Origin: Syntrophaceae bacterium
Lineage (GTDB): Bacteria; Desulfobacterota; Syntrophia; Syntrophales; Smithellaceae
Direction of reading: 5' to 3'
Assembly: GCA_009773315.1 (NCBI GenBank)
Contig: WRPE01000005.1
Coordinates: 23,842-87,841, forward strand
DNA length: 64,000 nucleotides
Positions 56,681-64,000 of this stretch are shown here, in pieces. The notes beneath the pieces are model-generated. The model was given only the letters and a program-made list of their open reading frames with translations, was not told where the DNA came from and searched no databases. The position numbers and the translations under genes were made by a program. Numbering within the stretch: position 1 is the first letter of the stretch; each line of letters opens with the position of its first letter.

Positions 56681-56766
56681 AAAGCCACTTGCCAAACACC
56701 AGACGAAACATTGAGTTTAAGTTTGCCAGAAAGCAGTTAATCGGCAGAAACAAATTGGAGTCGCGC

Positions 56767-57030
56767 ATGAGTAAACTCATATTTATTTGGAATATCGATC
56801 ATAATAAAAAAGTGAAAATCAAGGAAATCAGAGAATATAATATTGTCAGAGAAAGCAGCGATGAAAAATCTGAATATTGCGTTGACGCTTTTGGATTTTT
56901 CCATGGTGCCGTCCGTGTATTCAAAGGAAGCAAGATGGATTGCATTGACTTCGTAGATTCTCTTACGGAAAGAACCGGAAACAAGCAGGAAGAGATGAAT
57001 GAAAACTGTTTAGAAAAAAGGGGTGAATAA
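56767..57030 (+). CDS. small hypothetical protein
   Basis: ATG after GGAG; first gene of the operon, stop 1 nt before the next start. Confidence 0.55.
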   Translation: MSKLIFIWNIDHNKKVKIKEIREYNIVRESSDEKSEYCVDAFGFFHGAVRVFKGSKMDCIDFVDSLTERTGNKQEEMNENCLEKRGE

Positions 57031-57031
57031 T

Positions 57032-57697
57032 ATGGCAAACGCAACAGATAATCTTGAACAAGCAGAGAAAATAGTTAATGGGATTGTATATGGACACATT
57101 GAAAAAGACCGTGCGTTAAATATATGTCGTTGGCTCATGTCTTTTAACTCACAAGAAAAAGGCTTCAGCGTCAAATGCTACCAAACAAATGTCCCAGACA
57201 TCAGGTTTTGTGTTGACAGAGGAAGCGACTGTGAAGGAAAAAAAATTCGAACCGTTTTTGTAACAATAAGATCAAATCTTCAAATATTATTTCATACAAA
57301 AAACACTGATTTCACATACCTTAAACAAGATCAAAATGATATTTATTATATAATTCCTGAAGCTGGCAAAAAACTTGATATGGCAAGAATAAAATTTCAT
57401 ATTCTTGAAGCATATTGCCAAAAGATTGACCAGCTTAAATTAAATTCCTCTATGTGCATTGGAACCAAAATCACCGAGACTATTGAAACAAATGACACTG
57501 CTATTAACTATTATACTTTTCAGAAAGAAGATTTTGAAAAAGCATACCGAACGATCGCCAAAAAAAACCAGAGTGTTTTCATAGATGCCGTTCTAGATCA
57601 GCTCGAACTTGGCGCGAAAACATTGGGGCATAAGCTGAAAAATAACTGGAGACTTGAAACTGAAAGAAACATCGCAATCTGGTCGAAGATGAAATGA
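57032..57697 (+). CDS. hypothetical protein A: alpha/beta N-domain (weakly DUF5655/YjbR-like) plus shared C-terminal domain
   Basis: C-terminal ~60 aa align without gaps to that of 58009-58572 (14 of 58 identical, W-x3-T-x2-N-x3-WS). Confidence 0.75.
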   Translation: MANATDNLEQAEKIVNGIVYGHIEKDRALNICRWLMSFNSQEKGFSVKCYQTNVPDIRFCVDRGSDCEGKKIRTVFVTIRSNLQILFHTKNTDFTYLKQDQNDIYYIIPEAGKKLDMARIKFHILEAYCQKIDQLKLNSSMCIGTKITETIETNDTAINYYTFQKEDFEKAYRTIAKKNQSVFIDAVLDQLELGAKTLGHKLKNNWRLETERNIAIWSKMK

Positions 57698-57749
57698 TTC
57701 TCATCATCATTTTCCGGTGAGATGCAGTAATAAATCGAAAGAAATTGAT

Positions 57750-57914
57750 ATGAATTATAAATTTGATGAATATTATAAAACGTGGGATAAACATGGTGTT
57801 AAATTAACCTCCCGGATTGAAATAACAAAAGATCATTTGGATCAAGTGACCGAGAAACCTGATGTTTGTGACGTTCTCCCTTTTATTGCTGAGTGCCCTG
57901 GAAAATGGCAGTAA
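57750..57914 (+). CDS. short hypothetical ORF or gene fragment
   Basis: 54 codons inside the operon; no recognised motif. Confidence 0.3.
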   Translation: MNYKFDEYYKTWDKHGVKLTSRIEITKDHLDQVTEKPDVCDVLPFIAECPGKWQ

Positions 57915-58008
57915 GTAAGGAGTGATAGCCGTAGTGACAGAAAAACATGAATAAACTAAGAAGAGAGGGCATTTTTAGATAAATTAATTTCTAAAGGGGG
58001 GCCATAAT

Positions 58009-58572
58009 ATGGCCATTGTAAGCGAACAAAACAGGAAAATACTAAAAAACATGAAAAAAGAAGATGTAAAAAATGCTATGGACCTTTTTGATCAAAAATT
58101 CAGAAAGGATTTCGAAAAGACAAGGTGGAAAAAATATAGCCTATTACATAATGGGCAGTCATATCCACCCAAAGACCTTCTTAGATGTGTCATTGCTGGA
58201 ATGACGAACTCCTTATATGACCGCGATTCTGTAATAGGTGGTGGTCCTAGTATTAATAAATACTTTATTAACCTTGGCTTTACTGTTGAGAATAATGAAA
58301 AGCCGTCTGTTAATGTAAGTAAACCGAACCTCTATGCACGGCAGGAACCAACAAGCACCCCTCCTGCAGGCGAAATCCCAACCAGGGAAGAAATCAAAAA
58401 AATCCTTGGAGAAATAGCGCCTGAAGGAAGAGAAGTTGATGAAGATTCATTAAAGAGTAGAATAGAAGTTACTTTTAAACTTAAAAATCGAATGCTCATG
58501 CCCGACTGGTGGGAAATCACGAAAAAAAATCTCTTAGATTGGTCGAATAAGGACAGAAAGGACAAAGAATGA
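58009..58572 (+). CDS. hypothetical protein B: ScoMcrA-head-like N-domain plus shared C-terminal domain
   Basis: KEDVKNAMDLFD...YSLLHNGQSYPPK...GGGPSINKYFINLGFTV; Pro/Ser/Thr linker; DWWEITKKNLLDWS tail. Confidence 0.8.
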   Translation: MAIVSEQNRKILKNMKKEDVKNAMDLFDQKFRKDFEKTRWKKYSLLHNGQSYPPKDLLRCVIAGMTNSLYDRDSVIGGGPSINKYFINLGFTVENNEKPSVNVSKPNLYARQEPTSTPPAGEIPTREEIKKILGEIAPEGREVDEDSLKSRIEVTFKLKNRMLMPDWWEITKKNLLDWSNKDRKDKE

Positions 58573-59165
58573 CATACAGTAAGTATGCTGAAATGGCATT
58601 ACGCTATGGGATAAAGCCGAATATTCCTATTACAGCAGAAGTATTAGACAAACTGAAAGAACAGTCAGAAATATTTGATTTAATATGGGGATCACAAGCT
58701 GCAATAAGCAACAATTCTTCACCGGCCATATTAAGTATAAGCACTATGGCTGAAATTCGAAGATTAAATGACCTGCTGCTCACACATCCGGCATTCAATA
58801 AAGAAAAATACAAAAATAGCAGGAATGAAATAGAGAAACGTGCAGATAAACATTACTCTGTTGATGTGCGACATTCTCTCAAGCGTTTTACAGAACGACA
58901 AGAAAAAATCAGAATTAAGCTGGGCCTTAGCAATACAGGCAACACTAAAATGACAAAAGAGCATAAGGAATCTGAGTCTCCAGACAGTGAAATTCCTTCT
59001 AGGAATGAGGTTGAAGCGGCAATGCGCAATATCGGCAAACAAGTTCACGAAGATATTCTAAAAGAAACTTTGAATGCCGTCTTTACGAATCAGGGACGAA
59101 AACTCCGCAAGGATTGGTGGGAAGTAACCAAGAAAAATCTTGAAGAATGGTCTAAGAAAGGATGA
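58569..59165 (+). CDS. hypothetical protein C: helical N-domain plus shared C-terminal domain
   Basis: ATGA-coupled to B; tail EIPSRNEV...DWWEVTKKNLEEWS. Confidence 0.8.
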   Translation: MTYSKYAEMALRYGIKPNIPITAEVLDKLKEQSEIFDLIWGSQAAISNNSSPAILSISTMAEIRRLNDLLLTHPAFNKEKYKNSRNEIEKRADKHYSVDVRHSLKRFTERQEKIRIKLGLSNTGNTKMTKEHKESESPDSEIPSRNEVEAAMRNIGKQVHEDILKETLNAVFTNQGRKLRKDWWEVTKKNLEEWSKKG

Positions 59166-59168
59166 TTC

Positions 59169-60338
59169 ATGTCGCAAATAGATTATAACCCGTTGAAAAG
59201 GACCGTGAGAATGTGGGGAACTATGGAACATATCTATGACTATTATGAAGACAAAGATTATTTCTTCTCCCAGGAAATACTGACGCGCTATTTCCTGTCC
59301 CTTAAAACAAAGCCATTTGTTATCCTGACAGGGATCTCCGGCACGGGAAAGACGAAGATTGCCCAAGTCTTCGCGGAATACATGTGCCAAGGGCTTTCTT
59401 CTGAGGAAAAAGCAAAGCGCATCGCCTTTGTACCAGTGCGGCCTGACTGGATGGATAACAAGGGACTTCTGGGATATTATAATCTTCTTGATGAAAAATA
59501 TCATGCCACACCAGTCTTGCAAATTCTACTGGAGGCATCAGAACATCAGGACAAGCCATATTTCATTATTCTCGATGAAATGAATCTGGCCAAGGTGGAA
59601 CAGTATTTCTCCGATTTCCTGAGCATCATGGAGAGCCGGACAACTGGAAATCTTTCCGGTGAACCGCTCTGTCTGCATTCGGCTACAAAGGCCGAAACGC
59701 CTGACGGGTGGGTCATTCCACAACGGATCATAATCCCGTCAAATGTCTATTTTACCGGGACCGTCAACGTGGATGAATCCACCTACATGTTCAGCCCGAA
59801 GGTTCTGGACCGGGCGAATGTTATCGAGTTCAACGAAGTGGATCTGGCAAGCTATGAAAAGGGGATTACTTCGGCTGATGGATGCATCCTGAAGGAACAG
59901 GATGTCAGAGAAAAACTGCTGCCGATGGCGGGGGAAACGCCTTTCTGCAACAAGGCCGATTATACCAGAGCCCAGGAAATGGATAGCGATACCGGTGTGT
60001 ATCTTTCAAAAATCCTGGAAATTCTCCATCCCCATCACCTCCATTTCGGCTTTCGCGTCGTCAATGAAATTTCCCGGTTTATCCTGCATGCCAGTGACAT
60101 GCTCCAGGATTTTAAACTCGAAGAAACGCTGGATATCCAGATCCTTCAGAAGATCCTACCCAAGTTTCACGGCACCCAGGCGAAACTGGAAGAACCGCTG
60201 GGAAAACTGCTGGCCTTTTGCAGCGGTGTAGAGTCTGAAGAAATTCCGGAAGATGCCCCGTTTCCCAGATCAGCGCAGAAACTGGCCAGGATGATCCAGA
60301 ACCTGAAAATTCAAGGCTATGCGAGCTTTATCGAGTAA
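59169..60338 (+). CDS. mcrB: McrB-family AAA+ GTPase lacking an N-terminal DNA-binding domain
   Basis: KPFVILTGISGTGKT, PVRPDW, LDEMNLAKVEQYFSDFLS, GTVNVDESTYMFSPKVLDRAN, QKILPKFHG, GYASF; only ~50 aa precede Walker A. Confidence 0.9.
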   Translation: MSQIDYNPLKRTVRMWGTMEHIYDYYEDKDYFFSQEILTRYFLSLKTKPFVILTGISGTGKTKIAQVFAEYMCQGLSSEEKAKRIAFVPVRPDWMDNKGLLGYYNLLDEKYHATPVLQILLEASEHQDKPYFIILDEMNLAKVEQYFSDFLSIMESRTTGNLSGEPLCLHSATKAETPDGWVIPQRIIIPSNVYFTGTVNVDESTYMFSPKVLDRANVIEFNEVDLASYEKGITSADGCILKEQDVREKLLPMAGETPFCNKADYTRAQEMDSDTGVYLSKILEILHPHHLHFGFRVVNEISRFILHASDMLQDFKLEETLDIQILQKILPKFHGTQAKLEEPLGKLLAFCSGVESEEIPEDAPFPRSAQKLARMIQNLKIQGYASFIE

Positions 60339-60339
60339 T

Positions 60340-62004
60340 ATGGCGATTCTCCTTTATTCATCAGAACTCCGCATGGCCATAGCCGATGATCCCCAGTTTC
60401 TGTCCGACGAATCGGCATTATCGTCAATGGATCATGACGGCACGCCCATCATCCTTCAGGACTGGGAAACCTATTTTGTCAAGTTTTATGGTGAAACCGA
60501 GCCCCCGTTCTTTCCGGAACCAGGGAGATATTACAATCAACGAAAATTTCCAGGTCGGCTGTTTGAGGTAAGTTTTCGCAACGCCGTGGGAATGACGCGC
60601 ATCGGCCCCATCCCTATCCTTGTTGTCAGCAGAAAAATCACGGATACGGTTTACGCGGCGATGCTGGATTATATCGCCGGGAAGTACGCCAATCTGGTGT
60701 TCAGCTTTGAAAACCCGCTCGGTCAGCAATACTGTAAGGATAGGCCGGGGCAGGATATCGCCTATGTGGAATATCTTTTCCTCAAAAAATATCTCCTGGA
60801 CGGATCGCCAAACATAGACAGTATTGCCGCACTAATCCTGGCCAATCCCCACCGCAGGCTCTATCGGGAATATCGCCGTAACAGCATTGATGCGATCACA
60901 AGTATTCCGCCAGCGATGCTAGTCAACATGTTCAGTTCACCCGACCGCTTCGCTGTCCTGAAACCCGATCATCCTTTGGTGTCAACAGCCTGCGGACGGG
61001 CCATCTTCAACAGAACCGGTCGGAGGTTGTTTCCCGCCGAGGCCATGGAGGAACGGAAGCATTATACAGTGGATACGAATGAAAACCGGTTCATGAAGCA
61101 TTTTCTGCAATCGGTTCAGCGCCGTCTGCAAGGTCTGGCGAAAGCCCTGAAGGGAAAAAGCGGTGGCTATCTCAATCCCGATATTGAAGCATCTCTGGAA
61201 AAAATGGACAGGGGACTTATGTTTTTTTTATCCGATCCCTTCTGGTCCGATGTGGGAACCATGCGCTTCATTCCGGCCGGGTCGCAGGTCTTGCAGCGTC
61301 GCGACGGCTACCGCCAGTTGTTCCGTCTTTATTCTTTGCTTCAGCTTGCCACCCATTGCCATTTCAATAACGATGATTTTCAAAATCTTCTGGAAACCAA
61401 AGATACTCCGACGCTTTTTGAATACTGGTCCTTTTTCGTTGTTAAGGATGTTCTGGATAAAATAAACAAAATCCGGTCCTGCAGGACGGTTGTATCCACC
61501 GATCCTCTTGAACAAAAAATAATTCAGGGCATCTGCATCGAATATGAAGGCGGAATTTTCCTGTGGTTCAATAGAATCTCTCCAGGGTCTCCCGGGTTCA
61601 TGCCTTTCGAAAATCCGCGTAATACCGTTCCCAATGAAAGCTACTCCCATAACCTGCGACCAGATATCGTCATTTCGAGAGGCAACAACATACTCATATT
61701 CGATGCCAAATTCAAAGGCCAGCGGGACAGTTTTTACGGTGATGAGAGGGGTGACGGAACCATCGGTAAATGGAGGGAAGAGGACATCGACAAGATGCAT
61801 ACCTACCGGGAGGCAATCCGGAATGTCTCCGGCGCCTATATCCTCTATCCGGGGGAGGAAGCGGCCATTTATTCGGCGCACAATTCGACAGGAATATATG
61901 AAGGTGTTGGAGCCTTGCCATTAAAGCCGGAAGCGGGGGCGCGACCGGTTCAGCGGCACCTCGAAGGTATCGAAAAGATAGTCAAAGAGTTTATTGCTGT
62001 ATGA
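60340..62004 (+). CDS. mcrC: McrC-like DUF2357 plus PD-(D/E)XK nuclease
   Basis: VDTNENRFMK, LFEYW, LRPDI...IFDAKF, DIDKMHTYREAI, YILYPG. Confidence 0.88.
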   Translation: MAILLYSSELRMAIADDPQFLSDESALSSMDHDGTPIILQDWETYFVKFYGETEPPFFPEPGRYYNQRKFPGRLFEVSFRNAVGMTRIGPIPILVVSRKITDTVYAAMLDYIAGKYANLVFSFENPLGQQYCKDRPGQDIAYVEYLFLKKYLLDGSPNIDSIAALILANPHRRLYREYRRNSIDAITSIPPAMLVNMFSSPDRFAVLKPDHPLVSTACGRAIFNRTGRRLFPAEAMEERKHYTVDTNENRFMKHFLQSVQRRLQGLAKALKGKSGGYLNPDIEASLEKMDRGLMFFLSDPFWSDVGTMRFIPAGSQVLQRRDGYRQLFRLYSLLQLATHCHFNNDDFQNLLETKDTPTLFEYWSFFVVKDVLDKINKIRSCRTVVSTDPLEQKIIQGICIEYEGGIFLWFNRISPGSPGFMPFENPRNTVPNESYSHNLRPDIVISRGNNILIFDAKFKGQRDSFYGDERGDGTIGKWREEDIDKMHTYREAIRNVSGAYILYPGEEAAIYSAHNSTGIYEGVGALPLKPEAGARPVQRHLEGIEKIVKEFIAV

Positions 62005-62756
62005 TAGAAATAGCATACATGATCGAATTACTGAAAAAGCTCAATACGGATGTCACGTTCAGGCCAGATAACGGCGCGTTTCGCTCTAAACTGGTTGAAA
62101 CGGTCATTGATAATGCTGATGAAGAATACGTGGAGCTTTTTTCCGCAAATAGCTGCGATATACAGGTCATCATTTCGAATCGAACTATTGACGAAGGTGT
62201 AATACGGTTTGTGGTTGGCAGTGATCTTGGTGAACAATCATTGGAATGCGACGTTTCCGTACTTAGTGAAAGGGCAATCCATGATCTTACCGGGCAGCTG
62301 ACCCGATTAATTGCAGAACAGTCTCCACCTGAGACACATTGTCCACCAAAGGTCATTATCAGGAAAAATTATGAGGGTATGCTGAACATTCATCAGGCTG
62401 CGCAAAAACTCGGATGCTCGCAAATATTTCTGAAAAGCAGAATTCCCTGTACGTACTATACCTACAATGAGGTTAATGGTAAAAAAGAAATTAAGGAATA
62501 TTACTGGTCAAAAAATCTGATTGATCGACTATGCAACTCCAAGATGAATGGGATAAAAGAAGATGTGAAATATATTGCAGAGGAATGCTGTGAGGGTGAT
62601 TACAAGTGGGCAGAGGAAATTTTGGGCTTGCTTGCACACCCTATGTCCATGCGCAAAGTTGATGCCGCATTACCGAAAAACATAACAAAACAGCCAGTAA
62701 AGTTCATTGCCAAGGGAACTACAAGCACCGAGCCTTCACGAAAGAAGATCCGATGA
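62001..62756 (+). CDS. hypothetical protein with excisionase/MerR-like HTH
   Basis: ATGA-coupled to mcrC; MLNIHQAAQKLGCSQIFLKSRI segment. Confidence 0.6.
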   Translation: MIEIAYMIELLKKLNTDVTFRPDNGAFRSKLVETVIDNADEEYVELFSANSCDIQVIISNRTIDEGVIRFVVGSDLGEQSLECDVSVLSERAIHDLTGQLTRLIAEQSPPETHCPPKVIIRKNYEGMLNIHQAAQKLGCSQIFLKSRIPCTYYTYNEVNGKKEIKEYYWSKNLIDRLCNSKMNGIKEDVKYIAEECCEGDYKWAEEILGLLAHPMSMRKVDAALPKNITKQPVKFIAKGTTSTEPSRKKIR

Positions 62757-62806
62757 GTACTCCCCCTTTGAACATCTGTGAATTCATCAAGGAATCCTGA
62801 ACGCTT

Positions 62807-64000
62807 ATGCAGAAAATTGAAGACACAATTTATTACTCTGCTTCCGATGTCGTCAATTTTCTTGAATGCGAGCATCTGACGGCGTTGGGTCTAATCAACC
62901 TGGAAACCCCTCTTCCTCAAACTGAGGATGACGAGGAGGCCATTCTGTATCAGCAGAAGGGGGTTGCCCATGAAGGGGCGTATGTTGATCACCTTCGAAA
63001 CAGTGTGTCATGTCTCGTGGATATTTCCGGACACAGGAATGATCTGGATATGGCGGTGTTGGCGACTCAGGACGCTATGCGTTCCGGGGCAGATATCATC
63101 TATCAGGCCGCTTTGCGAAATGGTTTCTTTATAGGCCATGCGGATTTCTTAAGACGGGTAGCCATGCCATCCAGCCTGGGCAACTTCAGCTATGAGGTTA
63201 TCGACACCAAACTGGCCCGTTCTGCCAAGGCTTCATATCTCATTCAACTTTGTTTCTATTCCGAACTGGTTGCCCACATCCAGGGGCAGAATCCCCTCAT
63301 GATGCACATCGTCCTTGGTGATCGCCGGGAGGTAAGTTATCGCCATGCCAACTATTCCCGGTACTATGGATTTCTTAAACAGCGATTTGTCAACCGGGTC
63401 CATTCACCAGCAAATGAAACCTACCCGGACCGCTGTGAACACTGTGATTATTGCCGGTGGCGAAATCTGTGTGAGGATCGCCGTCTCAAGGACGATCATC
63501 TGAGTCTGGTTGCCAATATCACTCGCCTTCAGATAAGGAAGTTGAATGCTCATGGCGTAACGACACTGGAATCACTAGCCAAACTTCCAGTGCATGAATA
63601 TATCCCTAAAATGATTCCAGAAACGCTGGGAAAACTACGCCATCAGGCGGCGCTGCAACTTCGCAAACGGGAAACAGGAACAGACTGCTTCGATCTCCTG
63701 CCCCTGGATTTGGAAGAAAAAAGGGGATTCTTTAGACTGCCGAAATCTGATGCCGGGGATATTTTCTTCGATATGGAAGGAAACCCGCTTGCGGAAGATG
63801 GTTTGGAATACTTGTTCGGTGCTCTGATATTCAACGGGGGAAAACCTTCTTTCCAGAGCTATTGGGCACATAACCGGCATGAAGAACGACAGGCCTTTGA
63901 GCAGTTCTTGGATTTTGTCGCCGGTCATCTTCAAAAACATCCCCATGCCCACATCTACCACTATGCCCATTACGAAGAGACAGCCCTGAAACGGCTTATG
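62807..64000 (+). CDS. TM0106-family RecB-like nuclease (runs off the window)
   Basis: Manual translation: YSASDVVNFLECEH, GVAHE, IIYQAAL, GHADFL, YEVIDTKLA, QLCFYS, CEHCDYCRW..LC, FFDMEG, LEYLFG, HIYHYAHYE. Confidence 0.88.
   Translation, partial: MQKIEDTIYYSASDVVNFLECEHLTALGLINLETPLPQTEDDEEAILYQQKGVAHEGAYVDHLRNSVSCLVDISGHRNDLDMAVLATQDAMRSGADIIYQAALRNGFFIGHADFLRRVAMPSSLGNFSYEVIDTKLARSAKASYLIQLCFYSELVAHIQGQNPLMMHIVLGDRREVSYRHANYSRYYGFLKQRFVNRVHSPANETYPDRCEHCDYCRWRNLCEDRRLKDDHLSLVANITRLQIRKLNAHGVTTLESLAKLPVHEYIPKMIPETLGKLRHQAALQLRKRETGTDCFDLLPLDLEEKRGFFRLPKSDAGDIFFDMEGNPLAEDGLEYLFGALIFNGGKPSFQSYWAHNRHEERQAFEQFLDFVAGHLQKHPHAHIYHYAHYEETALKRLM

Noticed and set aside
59163-59165. Selenocysteine read-through at the gene C-mcrB TGA
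   Set aside because: No hairpin follows and there is no Cys-equivalent context; kept only as an in-frame junction observation.
1-64000. CRISPR array, integron attC array, rRNA, integrase or transposase genes
   Set aside because: No regularly spaced repeats or recognisable recombinase/transposase ORFs were seen by eye; the repeats found are isolated and dispersed.

Overview
64-kb window from what looks like an anaerobic deltaproteobacterial (Syntrophales/Smithella-like) chromosome; the taxonomy is inferred from gene content only. Housekeeping stretches: a SPOR-NlpC/P60 gene, cca, a TPP-riboswitch-led thiN-thiD-thiC operon, an HD-GYP/histidine kinase/sigma-54 regulator cassette, an ADP-forming acyl-CoA synthetase, rRNA and protein methyltransferases, tRNA-Phe, tRNA-Glu, manC, maf and yggS. 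Two defence islands interrupt them. (1) About 14.2-36.2 kb, minus strand: a non-canonical BREX (DUF4007 - BrxF/B-like - Eco57I-like PglX ... BrxC - PglZ - BrxL with a PLD-like tail instead of Lon). It is split by a membrane-anchored PIN protein, an XRE-ImmA/PIN pair and AbiE, and is followed by a Panacea antitoxin with a MazF-like partner. (2) 55.6 kb to the window end: a WYL regulator divergent from an operon whose McrB GTPase has no N-terminal DNA-binding domain. It is preceded by three small proteins with unrelated N-termini and a shared ~60-aa C-terminal domain, which suggests a modular McrBC with detachable specificity subunits. This is the best candidate for an undescribed system. The ORF track also misses a secreted HMA-fold selenoprotein (CxxU plus SECIS-like hairpin), several small dispersed palindromic repeats and gene remnants. 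All family assignments come from motif recognition by eye, not database searches.
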